Source of the DNA: Victivallales bacterium
GTDB lineage: Bacteria; Verrucomicrobiota; Lentisphaeria; Victivallales; UBA1829
Length of the DNA: 64,000 bases
Direction: 5' to 3'
Assembly: GCA_045114235.1 (NCBI GenBank)
Contig: JBGUKB010000068.1
Location: 15,606 to 79,605 of the forward strand
The notes under the pieces: generated by a model
The model's database searches: none
Told to the model about the DNA's origin: nothing
What the model saw: only the letters and a program-made list of their open reading frames with translations
Made by a program: the position numbers and the translations under genes
Part shown: positions 47,973-57,401 of the stretch, in pieces
Layout of the letters: every line of letters starts with the position of its first letter
Numbering within the stretch: position 1 is the stretch's first letter

Positions 47973-50153
47973 TCAGTCGCCGGAAAGCTCTTTGACCATT
48001 TCGGCCGGCAGCGGCTCAAGCTTCGCGATCACGCATTCGCCGAGTTCGGGCAGCTTGACCTTTTCGCCGACCTTGTGTTCCACGAGAGCCTGTCCGAGCG
48101 GAGCCTTGTAGGCGATGCGGCCGCGGTCGACGTCGCCGTCCCAGGCGCCGAGGATGTAGTAGGAAATCTCCTTGCCGTTGGCGTCCTTCAGGAAGACGCG
48201 ACAGCCCGGCACGACAGTGTCGGAGAGCTCGACGTCGCTGAAATTCGTGACATCCATGAAACCGAGCGATTTTTCGAGCTCGGAACGGCGTCTCTGGAGG
48301 AAGCGGCGCTGCTCTTTCGCGGCGTCGTATTCCGCATTTTCGCGAAGGTCGCCGAAGCTTCTTGCGTACGCCACGGCCTCGGCGTTCTGCGGGATCAGGA
48401 CTTCGATGAGGTTCTTGAGTTCGGCCTGCATGCGTTTCTGCGAGGCGAACGACGCGATCGGAGGCTGTTCCGTGTTGCCGGCGGCATGGATGCCGAGGAG
48501 CTTGCTGCCTTCGCCGCTTTCGATGTATTCCATGAATTCCGGCGAGACGCGGCCCATCTTGACCATGACGCTCTGGAGCTCGCTGGCCTGCGTACGGAAT
48601 TTCTGAAGGCTGCCGACGATGGACGGGATATCGCCGTCGGCGTTCTCGATCAGGTATTTGCGGAAATCGGCCTTTTCGCCGAGGAGGATGCGTTTGAGTT
48701 CGCGCTGGGCGGCGCCCCATTCCTTCGGGAGATCAGAGCGGTTCAGGGCGGCGACGACGGTCTCCATGTCGACCAGCGAGGTGATGATCTTCGATTTGAT
48801 GCGCGCCTTGTTCTTCCAGATCCAGAGGCAGACGTCGGCGGAAAGGGTGTCCATCGCGGCGATCTTGGTGATGATGCTCTGGACAAGCGCGGCGTCCGCG
48901 GCTTCGCGCGCGGCGGCGTCTTCCTTCGTTTCGGACGCGGCTTTCTTCCGCGGCTCGAAGAAGACGGTCATGCAGCGGAGCGGGAGCATCAGGCCGAGGG
49001 AGACGAATTCGTCCTGCGTGTAGATGGCGCGGGTGGCGGCAAGAAGGCCGTCGAGGTCCTTCACGGAGATCTTCGCCCAGATCGCGAGGTTCGCGAGCTT
49101 GACGCCTTCGGGGATCGAAGCGGGCCAGAACGGGACCTGACCGCGGAGCGGAGTGAACATCGCGGCGAGGTCTTCCGGCGCGGCGTCGAGGGAAAGCCAG
49201 GAGATGGATTCGGCGAGCATCTGGACATCCTTCGGGAGGAGCCTGGAGCTGACGCGAACGAACAGCTTTCCGAGCTTTTCGGCGGCCGCGGCGTCGACGG
49301 CCACGGCATTGCCGCCGTCCACGATGCCCTTCAGGAGCGTATAAAGCTCAAGCACGCTGCGGGAATCGCTGAAATGACGTTTCCCGCCTGCCGAAGCGGC
49401 CGCGGGCGACGCGTCCCACCAGGCGGCGAATGCGGAGGAAGTCAGATACTGCGGCACCAGAAGACGCTGCACAAGCTCCTGAAGCTTCTGTTCCGGCACG
49501 TCGGAAAGCGCCAGACGGTTCAGGACGCGGCGGTATTCGGAGGAGGAACGGATCGAGGATCCGAGCGGGGAGATCAGCTCCATGAGCTCGGGCGTGGTCT
49601 CGAAGAAATAGGCGGAAACGATCGCCGACGCGATCGGAATGGAGGAGGAGCCGGAACCGTCGATCGGGGTCACGGCGATGGTGCCGGTCACGCGGTCGAT
49701 GCCCGTGATGCGTCCGCACAGCCCGGTCTCCTGCTGGTACATGATCGCGGTCGAGCGCAGGCGCTGGAGTTTCTTGAGGCGGAGCGCGACTTCGCGGACG
49801 CCGACGTTCGCGTCTTTCGCGCCGAGGGCCTTCACGACCGCGCCGCTGACCAGGTAGGGAGGAAGCAGCTTGCGGACCGCATAGTTCAGCGAGCTGCGGA
49901 AATTCGCGGAATCCAGGATGGAGAGTTCGGCGATCCGGACACAGAATTTCGCCTTGTCGAGGGAGGCGGAAATCTGGTCGTCCCACGCCTCGAACAAAGC
50001 TTCGAACTGGGGCGCGGCGGCGCGGAGTTCCTGAATGCCGTCCGCGGTTCCCAGACGGTTGACGCGGTCAAACAGGACACTGACAGCGTCGTCGTGCTGT
50101 TCCAGTTGAGCGTACAGGATCAGGTCCGGCAGAGAAAAGTCATTGATACTCAT
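47973..50153 (-). CDS. greA: GreA/GreB transcription elongation factor with large N-terminal extension
   Basis: C-terminal AYARSFGDLRENAEYDAAKEQ, VVPGCRV, YYILGAWD and IAYKAPLGQAL; about 570 aa N-terminal region; start at MSINDF. Confidence 0.85.
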   Translation of the reverse strand: MSINDFSLPDLILYAQLEQHDDAVSVLFDRVNRLGTADGIQELRAAAPQFEALFEAWDDQISASLDKAKFCVRIAELSILDSANFRSSLNYAVRKLLPPYLVSGAVVKALGAKDANVGVREVALRLKKLQRLRSTAIMYQQETGLCGRITGIDRVTGTIAVTPIDGSGSSSIPIASAIVSAYFFETTPELMELISPLGSSIRSSSEYRRVLNRLALSDVPEQKLQELVQRLLVPQYLTSSAFAAWWDASPAAASAGGKRHFSDSRSVLELYTLLKGIVDGGNAVAVDAAAAEKLGKLFVRVSSRLLPKDVQMLAESISWLSLDAAPEDLAAMFTPLRGQVPFWPASIPEGVKLANLAIWAKISVKDLDGLLAATRAIYTQDEFVSLGLMLPLRCMTVFFEPRKKAASETKEDAAAREAADAALVQSIITKIAAMDTLSADVCLWIWKNKARIKSKIITSLVDMETVVAALNRSDLPKEWGAAQRELKRILLGEKADFRKYLIENADGDIPSIVGSLQKFRTQASELQSVMVKMGRVSPEFMEYIESGEGSKLLGIHAAGNTEQPPIASFASQKRMQAELKNLIEVLIPQNAEAVAYARSFGDLRENAEYDAAKEQRRFLQRRRSELEKSLGFMDVTNFSDVELSDTVVPGCRVFLKDANGKEISYYILGAWDGDVDRGRIAYKAPLGQALVEHKVGEKVKLPELGECVIAKLEPLPAEMVKELSGD

Positions 50154-50214
50154 AGTGAGTCGTCTCCTTCGACGTCGGTTAGTCAAATAGCATTTGTGAT
50201 TTATATAACTAATT

Positions 50215-50243
50215 AATGTACACCTGATCCGGCGTTTTTTCAA
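50215..50243 (-). promoter_or_regulatory. sigma70-type promoter of greA
   Basis: TTGAAA-17 bp-TACATT with an extended TG. Confidence 0.65.
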
Positions 50244-50371
50244 GCTTTTTTTCGGAACGGGGAGCGATTTTTCCCGCTTTTTGATTTGATTTTTTTTCGG
50301 AAAGAACTATGTTTATTATTTGTCTTCCGTTTTCAACAACCCTTTTTCAGCACGATCCGGAGTCCTGCGCC

Positions 50372-51613
50372 ATGGAATCATTCGACGTCATCATCTGCGG
50401 AAGCGGTCCCGCCGGGCTCGCCGCCGGACTTGCGGCCGCCTCGCACGGCGCCTCAACGGCCATCCTGGACCCGAACTACGTCATCGGTCGCAAACTGTGC
50501 GCGACGGGCAACGGACGCTGCAATTTCTCCAATACTCTGCCGCCGCTCAAGTTCATGGCGGAATTCGGACGGCACGGACGGTTCATGACCGACGCCCTGC
50601 GCGCCGCGCCGCGCGAATTCTTCCTGGACCTGCTTCAGAAGGAAGGCATCCGCCCGACGGTCGAGAACGAAATCCACTATTTCCCCATGAACGGACGGGC
50701 TTCCGACGTCCGCGACGCATTCCTGCGTGCGGCGAAGCGCGCCGGGGCGGAAACACGCCTGTCCGTGTCCGCACGGCGCATCCTCGTGGAAAAAGGGACT
50801 GCTACCGGCGTCGAAACGGACGGGGGCGAGGTTATTAAAGCTCCACACGTGATCCTGGCATGCGGCGGCACGGCGGCGCCTTCGCTCGGCGGCACGGCGT
50901 CCGGGCTGGATCTCGCCAAAGCCCTCGGACACGGCGTCCGCGAACCCGTCGCTACGCTGGCTCCGATCCACGTCGACAACCCGTGGATATCCGAGCTCGC
51001 CGGACTGACCGTGCCGGACGCCGAGCTCGGCGTCATGGTCGGGACCCGCCATGTTTTCATGCGCGGCAGCCTGCTCTTCACGCACACCGGGTTTTCCGGT
51101 CCGGCGGCGCTGAACCTCTCCGGCACGGTGAACCGCGTCCTTTTGGAAGGAAAGCCCGCCCAGATTTTCCTGCGCGTCCTGCCGGACAAAAAGGAACAGA
51201 ACCTGTACGACTATCTGGTCGACGAACGGGAAAAAGTGCCGGACCACCTGCTGAAGAACTCCCTCGCACGCATCATACCGCGTTCGCTGGCGTCGCTCGT
51301 CTGCGAACGCCTCTTCGGGGAGGATTTCCATTCCAAACGCCTCACGAACGCCGGAGCACACGAGCTGGCGCATCTGCTGGACCGGATGCCGTTCACGGTG
51401 TCGAAGCCGGCCACCATGGACGAGGCGATGGCGATGGACGGCGGCGTCCTGCTGAAGGAAGTCGATCCGCGCACGATGGAAAGCCGGCTGGTCAAAGGCG
51501 TGCATTTCGCCGGGGAGATCCTCGACCTGACCGGGCCGACCGGGGGGTTCAACATCCAGTTCGCGCTGTCAAGCGGACGCCTCGCGGGCCTCGCCGCGGC
51601 TGGGGCGCTGTAG
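50372..51613 (+). CDS. HI0933/BaiN-family NAD(P)/FAD-dependent oxidoreductase
   Basis: ICGSGPAGL, GRKLCATGNGRCNFSN, LLFTHTGFSGP, TMESRLVKG.HFAGEILD.TG.TGGFNIQ.A.SSG. Confidence 0.92.
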   Translation: MESFDVIICGSGPAGLAAGLAAASHGASTAILDPNYVIGRKLCATGNGRCNFSNTLPPLKFMAEFGRHGRFMTDALRAAPREFFLDLLQKEGIRPTVENEIHYFPMNGRASDVRDAFLRAAKRAGAETRLSVSARRILVEKGTATGVETDGGEVIKAPHVILACGGTAAPSLGGTASGLDLAKALGHGVREPVATLAPIHVDNPWISELAGLTVPDAELGVMVGTRHVFMRGSLLFTHTGFSGPAALNLSGTVNRVLLEGKPAQIFLRVLPDKKEQNLYDYLVDEREKVPDHLLKNSLARIIPRSLASLVCERLFGEDFHSKRLTNAGAHELAHLLDRMPFTVSKPATMDEAMAMDGGVLLKEVDPRTMESRLVKGVHFAGEILDLTGPTGGFNIQFALSSGRLAGLAAAGAL

Positions 51614-51635
51614 TCAAATCTTCCTTACGCCGAGC

Positions 51636-52802
51636 TTAACGGGGAAACAACGATCCGGGCGGCGGCGGATTTGGCTGTTTCAATTTGACGAGCGCAGATT
51701 CCAGCCAGACTCGGAACGATACGCCGCGCATGCGGCATTCGTCCGCACAGATCGCGAGCATGGCAAACGGATCGGCGACGGGCGTTTCCGGGTTCGCGCG
51801 GGACAGTTCCAGCCTTGGATCGTACAGGAATTCGGAAAGGCTCCTTTCGTGCTCGACTGCATGACGGAGCGCCTCGGCGAGAGGCGAACGCGGATCCTGA
51901 GCGGGCAGCATTTCCCGGCAACGTTCCAAGATCTTCGCCACGATCCGTGCCGATTCGATGCGGACGGCGCGGCGTTCACGGTACAGGTCCTCCGGCGCAC
52001 CGCCAAGGCGTTCCGCGCGGAGACGGGCATGATCCTCCAGTTCACACAGAGCATGAATCCTCTGCAGGAACTCGTCGGCGAGCCAGTCGCCGCCGGCTTT
52101 TGCATCCTCGAACATGCGACGGAGATTCGACCAATCGGGAAGCGTCCGCACGACCATGGCAGAGCAAACGGGAGCGATCGTCTCCGCCGCGGCCAGGAGC
52201 AGCCCGCGCAGGGCGGATTCGGAGATCACGAGCCCGGATTCCAGCTTCAGGCGTTCGGAGATCGTACGGAATGCCATGCCCGCCAGGTGATAATCCGTCA
52301 CGTAAGCGACAAACGAGGCGTCGAACTGGTGAACACCGCCGGACGGATCGGGAAACAACGCCGGACCGGGCGCGGCGGCGGACGATCCCGAACCGTCGTT
52401 GGCCGCATACATCGCGCGGCGGAATGTCCGCCGGACAAGAGCGGAACGCACCGCGACCGCTTCCGACGTTTCGAAAGCAATGACTGACATCCCGGCGGAT
52501 TTGGCGGACGGGAGTTCCAGATTCACCTCGTCGGAAGGAAGATCCGGCGGAACGGAGGCCGGTTCGGAGACGTGGTATGACGCGGCGGATTCATGCAGCG
52601 CACCGGACGTCTTGTCCGGGACTCCATGCGGACGTAAATCCGCAGCAGCTTCTTCTTCCACGGACGGAAGCACATACAATCCGGGCATGACACGTCCGTA
52701 GGCCTGACGCGAAAGAAGATCGATCGTCTTCTTCAGCGCGACATTCTCGTGCTGACTGGCTTCAAGCTCGCGTTCGAGCTCCGATTTCCGGTCGGACGGC
52801 AT
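51636..52802 (-). CDS. IS66 TnpC transposase-derived protein lacking the catalytic core
   Basis: N-terminal coiled coil LLSRQAYGR; LP.DEVNLE, ETSE, ISESAL, LRRMFEDA, IHAL.ELE, PRSPLAEAL.HA and FLYDPRLELS; no DET/DGY core; no TIRs or tnpA/tnpB. Confidence 0.65.
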   Translation of the reverse strand: MPSDRKSELERELEASQHENVALKKTIDLLSRQAYGRVMPGLYVLPSVEEEAAADLRPHGVPDKTSGALHESAASYHVSEPASVPPDLPSDEVNLELPSAKSAGMSVIAFETSEAVAVRSALVRRTFRRAMYAANDGSGSSAAAPGPALFPDPSGGVHQFDASFVAYVTDYHLAGMAFRTISERLKLESGLVISESALRGLLLAAAETIAPVCSAMVVRTLPDWSNLRRMFEDAKAGGDWLADEFLQRIHALCELEDHARLRAERLGGAPEDLYRERRAVRIESARIVAKILERCREMLPAQDPRSPLAEALRHAVEHERSLSEFLYDPRLELSRANPETPVADPFAMLAICADECRMRGVSFRVWLESALVKLKQPNPPPPGSLFPR

Positions 52803-52835
52803 AGGAGTCGGGGGTATCTTCTGCCGGAAACAGAA

Positions 52836-54197
52836 TCACAGGCCGAAGAATGCCAGCGGCCCGTCGTAGCACATGGTCTTCGCGAGCTTCACGGCGACGG
52901 GCTCCGGCATCTGCCCGGCCTCGACCATGCCGCCGAGCGTGGAGGAAAGTATTCTGCGGAACATCTCGAACCGGGAACCGTAGCTCAGGAGCTTGCGGGA
53001 ATCCGAGACCATGCCGGCGAACGCGCTCAGCAGGTCGACGCTGCCGATGTATTCGAGCTGGCGTTTCATGCCGATGGGCGTGTCGCAGAGCCACCAGGCG
53101 GAGCCGAGGCGGACCGTGCTGCCGAACGCGCGTGAAAGCGCGGCGAGCGTGGCCTGATGCACCTGGTCCAGGCAGTACAGCACGACCTTCAGGCGGCCGT
53201 CGAACCGGTTCAGGAACCGGATGAGCTTCGCCTCGTGCGACTGGAAAAGATCGCTTACGTCGCCGCCGGAATCCGGCCCGATCGTGCGGAAAAGATAATC
53301 GCGGACGTCGCGGACGGCGCCCATGTGGAGCTGCATCACCCAGCCGCTCCGGCTGTTCATCTCGCCGAATTCGCCGAGCAGATAGTCCGCGTAGTTCGCG
53401 GTTTCCTCAGGAGAGACGGATTCGCCCGCGAGGGCCTTGCGGAACGTCTCCGCGGCGGCCGCGGCGTCGCCGGTCCCGCTGGACGCGAGTTCGAGCCCGT
53501 GGTCGCTGGCGCGGCAGCCGTTCCCGGCAAAGAAATCATGGGATTTCTGAAGGACGTCCAGCAGTTCGGCAAGCGTAGTGATCCTGACGCTCCAGCGTTT
53601 GCCGAGGCGTTCGATATACGCAGGGAATCCGGGTTTCCCAGCCTTCATGGCCGCATCGGGACGCCAGGTCGGGCGCACGACCGTCCGCCCGAAATTCTCG
53701 TTGACGGCCTTATGGTATTCGAGCGTGTCGGCGGGGTCGTCGGTCGAGCACATCACGCCGACGTTCATGCGTTTCAGGAGCGCCTGCGGCCTGCTTTCCT
53801 CCTTCGAAAGGATATCATTGACTTTTTTCCAGATCAGTTCGCCCGTCTCCGCGCTCAGCAGCTCTTCGACGCCCAGGAACCGGAGGTCGAGGTGGATCCA
53901 CTCGTAGACCGGATTCCCGGCGATCCGGTCGAAGACTTCCGCCATGGCGATGAACTTGTCATGCGGGGACGCGCCGCCGGTGATCTTCTCCTCCGGCACG
54001 CCCGTCTTCCGCAGGACTTCCCAGACATAGTGGTCCGTGGCGGCGAAGAGCTCCCACGCATCCTTGAAGTTTTCGTTGCGCGCGATGGCCGCGACATCTG
54101 CGTGGTTGTGCGGATCGAGGATGGGGAGGTCTTTGACCGAGGCGAAGATGCGTTTTCCGGTTTCGTTGGCGATAAGGTAGTCCTGACCGAGGAACAT
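52836..54197 (-). CDS. uxaC: glucuronate (uronate) isomerase
   Basis: PILDPHNH, TDHYVW, GNPVYEWIHLDL, STDDPAD, PTWRPD, SDHG, MQLHMG, GSAWW.CD, GMVSDSR.LLSY and FRRIL. Confidence 0.95.
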   Translation of the reverse strand: MFLGQDYLIANETGKRIFASVKDLPILDPHNHADVAAIARNENFKDAWELFAATDHYVWEVLRKTGVPEEKITGGASPHDKFIAMAEVFDRIAGNPVYEWIHLDLRFLGVEELLSAETGELIWKKVNDILSKEESRPQALLKRMNVGVMCSTDDPADTLEYHKAVNENFGRTVVRPTWRPDAAMKAGKPGFPAYIERLGKRWSVRITTLAELLDVLQKSHDFFAGNGCRASDHGLELASSGTGDAAAAAETFRKALAGESVSPEETANYADYLLGEFGEMNSRSGWVMQLHMGAVRDVRDYLFRTIGPDSGGDVSDLFQSHEAKLIRFLNRFDGRLKVVLYCLDQVHQATLAALSRAFGSTVRLGSAWWLCDTPIGMKRQLEYIGSVDLLSAFAGMVSDSRKLLSYGSRFEMFRRILSSTLGGMVEAGQMPEPVAVKLAKTMCYDGPLAFFGL

Positions 54198-54380
54198 GGC
54201 GAATCCTTTCATTTACAATACAAAAGTCCGTTGGTTTCAGGGAAATAATATAACTGAACTCCGTGAAAAATACAAGCGGAAACGCATGAATCCCCGGAGA
54301 ATCCGTTTGGAAAACGCGCCCGGACCGGCGGGATCCGCATACTCGGATTCGCCGTCGCGCAATGAAACGGTCAGCCGAAC

Positions 54381-55079
54381 TCAGAAAACCTGGACCGCCT
54401 CGCGGATCGGAACGATCCAGCAGCAGACGTTGTGAAAATCAGACCGGGGAATGCGGCGTTCGGCAACGCCATTCTGAAGAGGAGCCAGCACGACATCATC
54501 GTCTTTGCGGGTGTAAACGGCGAAGAGATATTCCTTTTTCCCACGGAGCTTCACGAGCACCGTGTCGCCGTCACCGGGCGCATCCAGCCCCCGGAGCAGC
54601 AGACGCGTTCCGACGGGGAAAAACCCGCTGCGCTTTTTGTCGACCTCGACCGCGAAGAAACCGGCCTGGACCGGGGACGTGAACGGGACGACGCGTTTGG
54701 ACCTTTTCCGGATGATCTCCTCAATCGAATCGATCTGCGGGTCGAAATCCTTCAGGTCGTCCAACTGAAGCAGCGGCGCCGGCGAACTCTGCGCCGAGGC
54801 GTACCGTCCGGTATACTTTTCATGCAGGACGTAGGCGGGACTTCCGGCGGCTTTCGGTTCGGAAGGATAGGCGGATCCCCCCGATCCCGGCTCCAGAAAC
54901 TCCCGGATCAGGGGGTGCAGGTTGTCCCACACGGTGGAGTTAATCTTGCGGGTGCGCCCGTTGAGCCAGTAGGAAACGGTCGTGTGCGAAACCCCGACCG
55001 AACGGGAAAAACTGAGCAGGCTGCCGCATTTGTCGATCGCGGACTGAATGGCTTTTTGAATGGATTCGGTGATGACCAT
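54381..55079 (-). CDS. XRE-family HTH regulator with degenerate S24-like C-terminal domain
   Basis: HTH FSRSVGVSHTTVSYWLNG..RKI; C-terminal FFAVEV...FPVGT.LL......DGDTVLVKL...VVLAPLQ. Confidence 0.75.
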   Translation of the reverse strand: MVITESIQKAIQSAIDKCGSLLSFSRSVGVSHTTVSYWLNGRTRKINSTVWDNLHPLIREFLEPGSGGSAYPSEPKAAGSPAYVLHEKYTGRYASAQSSPAPLLQLDDLKDFDPQIDSIEEIIRKRSKRVVPFTSPVQAGFFAVEVDKKRSGFFPVGTRLLLRGLDAPGDGDTVLVKLRGKKEYLFAVYTRKDDDVVLAPLQNGVAERRIPRSDFHNVCCWIVPIREAVQVF

Positions 55080-55169
55080 GGATGAATTCCCCTCATAAAA
55101 TATGGTAGAGCTGTCGACCGGAAGAATGCCGGCCGGGAAAGTACCAGGTTTGTATCACTATACACCGTT

Positions 55170-55218
55170 TTGAAAGAACTTTCAAGTATTTTTCAAAAAA
55201 GAAATCAAAAACTTTCAA
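55170..55218. promoter_or_regulatory. palindrome TTGAAAG-AA-CTTTCAA overlapping the -35 of the XRE gene, plus phased TCAA half-sites
   Basis: Palindrome at 55170-55185; minus-strand promoter TTGAAA-17 bp-TATAGT; further TCAA ends at 55196, 55208 and 55218. Confidence 0.5.
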
Positions 55219-55420
55219 TTCCTGTTCGGTTCCGACAAAACCGGACAATCCGTCTTTTTTTGCGATGCCGACGAAAAAAAAGGGAACTTTTCCTGAAAAG
55301 CGGTGTCTATGTCGAATGTCGAAAGGCTTCCCCGCGAAACAATGAACCGAACGGCGGACCCTCCCGGCGTCGCACCGATACAGTTTTCAACACCGACCTA
55401 TTTTGAGGAGATATTTTGGC

Positions 55421-56443
55421 ATGAGACAGGAAGAACTTCAGGAACTCCAAAGCAAAATCTCGGACGCGTCCGCGTTCATCCGCCCGCTCCGCACCGAAAT
55501 CGGCCGCATCGTGGCGGGTCAGGAGTATCTGGTCGACCGCGTGCTGCTGTCGCTGATCGCGAACGGACACCTGCTGCTGGAAGGCGTCCCGGGCTTGGCG
55601 AAGACGCTGTTGGTGAAGACTGTGGCGCAGGCCATGGACGGCGCTTTCTCGCGCATCCAGTTCACGCCGGACCTGCTGCCTTCGGACGTGGTCGGCACAA
55701 CGATCTACAACCAGAACGACCACACGTTCTCGGTCAAGAAGGGCCCGGTCTTCGCGAACCTGGTCCTCGCCGACGAGATCAACCGCGCCCCCTCAAAGGT
55801 GCAGAGCGCGCTGCTGGAGTGCATGCAGGAACGCCAGGCGACCATCTCCGGGGAGACCATCCCCATGCCGTCGCCGTTCCTGGTCCTCGCCACGCAGAAC
55901 CCGATCGAGCAGGAAGGCACGTACCCCCTGCCCGAGGCCCAGGTCGACCGTTTCATGTTCAAGCTGAAGGTGGACTATCCGACGCGCGAAGCGGAGCGCT
56001 CCGTGATCGACCGCATGGCGCACCCGGAGACGAATCTGCGTGCGCTGGCCGTGGCGAAACTCTCCGATATCGAAAATGCCCGCGAATGGGTCGACAAAGT
56101 CTACATGGATGAAAAGATCCTCGAATACATCCTCGACATCGTGATCGCGACGCGTCCGAAACACCACGCCGAGCTTTCCAGCCGCCAGAACGGCGTGAAG
56201 CTGGGCGAACTCGCCGAGCTGGTGCAGTTCGGCGCATCCCCGCGCGCCGGCATCGCGCTCGCCCTCGCGGCGAAGGGCGCGGCGTTCCTGGAAGGCCGTG
56301 CCTACGTGATCCCGCAGGACGTGAAGGCGCTCGCGCCCGACGTGCTCCGCCACCGCCTGATCCTCAGTTACGAAGCCGAGGCGGAGGGGCTCGACGCCGA
56401 CAGCATCATCGAACGCATCCTGAACGAACTCCGCACGCCGTAG
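55421..56443 (+). CDS. moxR: MoxR family AAA+ ATPase
   Basis: LLEGVPGLAKT, RIQFTPDLLPSD, GPVFAN.VLADEINRAP.KVQSALLE.MQE, ATQNPIEQEGTYPLPEAQVDRF and GASPRA. Confidence 0.96.
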   Translation: MRQEELQELQSKISDASAFIRPLRTEIGRIVAGQEYLVDRVLLSLIANGHLLLEGVPGLAKTLLVKTVAQAMDGAFSRIQFTPDLLPSDVVGTTIYNQNDHTFSVKKGPVFANLVLADEINRAPSKVQSALLECMQERQATISGETIPMPSPFLVLATQNPIEQEGTYPLPEAQVDRFMFKLKVDYPTREAERSVIDRMAHPETNLRALAVAKLSDIENAREWVDKVYMDEKILEYILDIVIATRPKHHAELSSRQNGVKLGELAELVQFGASPRAGIALALAAKGAAFLEGRAYVIPQDVKALAPDVLRHRLILSYEAEAEGLDADSIIERILNELRTP

Positions 56444-56507
56444 TCCGCACCGTTTCGCAGTACGTTTTCCCATCGCAGATTGACAGCAATTCAGCGAGGT
56501 CCACCCC

Positions 56508-57392
56508 ATGTTGACCAGAGACCTGCTCGCCAGGATCCGGAAAATCGAAATCAAGACGCGCAAGGTGGTCGAGGAGATGACCGGCGGCGCATACCGCAGC
56601 GTGTACCGCGGACGCGGCATCGAGTTCAGCGAGGTCCGCACGTACACCGAAGGCGACGACGTCCGCGACATCGACTGGAACGTCACCGCCCGCACGGGCG
56701 TCGCGCACATTAAGAAATATGTCGAGGAACGCGAGCTGACCGTGATCATCGCGGTCGACATCTCGTCCTCCACGCTCTTCGGGTCCGCCGAGGACGACAA
56801 GCGCGACAAGATGGCGGAGACCGCGGCGCTCCTCGCGTTCAGCGCCATCCGCAACAACGACAAGGTCGGGCTACTGCTCTTCTCCGACCGCGTGGAATCC
56901 TACATCCCGCCGCGTTCGGGGCGCGCCCATGTGATGCGCGTGATCCGCGACCTGGTGGCGACGCATCCGCGCGGACGCGGCACGAACATCGCCGCCGCGC
57001 TCGAATCGCTCAGCCGCACGCTAAAAAAGAAGACCGTGATCTTCCTTATCAGCGACTTCATGGACGAGGGGGACTACTGGAAGCCGCTTCGGATCCTGAA
57101 CCGCAGGCACGACCTGGCGGCGATCCGCGTGGTGGACTCTCTGGAGACCGCCCTGCCGTCCGCCGCCGCGCTCGAGCTCGAGGACGCAGAAACCGGAGCA
57201 AGCTTCGCGTTCCCCGGCAGCAGAAGGGCCGCCGCACGCTACGCCGCCGCGCAGGAATTGTTCGACCGCCAGCTGGAGGAGAACTGCCGCCAGGCGAAAG
57301 TGGACCTGATCGAACTGCCGTGCACAGGCGACATCGTAAAGCCGCTGATGGGATTCTTCCAGAAACGCGGCAAACGCAAAACCAGAGGCTGA
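56508..57392 (+). CDS. DUF58 domain protein
   Basis: GRGIEFSEVR.Y..GDDVRDIDWNVTAR, EERE, DISSS and LISDF. Confidence 0.93.
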   Translation: MLTRDLLARIRKIEIKTRKVVEEMTGGAYRSVYRGRGIEFSEVRTYTEGDDVRDIDWNVTARTGVAHIKKYVEERELTVIIAVDISSSTLFGSAEDDKRDKMAETAALLAFSAIRNNDKVGLLLFSDRVESYIPPRSGRAHVMRVIRDLVATHPRGRGTNIAAALESLSRTLKKKTVIFLISDFMDEGDYWKPLRILNRRHDLAAIRVVDSLETALPSAAALELEDAETGASFAFPGSRRAAARYAAAQELFDRQLEENCRQAKVDLIELPCTGDIVKPLMGFFQKRGKRKTRG

Positions 57393-57401
57393 CGGAATAG
57401 A

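Noticed and set aside
51614-52835. Active IS66 element
   Set aside because: No GTAA-type terminal inverted repeats in the correct orientation, no target duplication, no tnpA/tnpB, and the catalytic core is missing.
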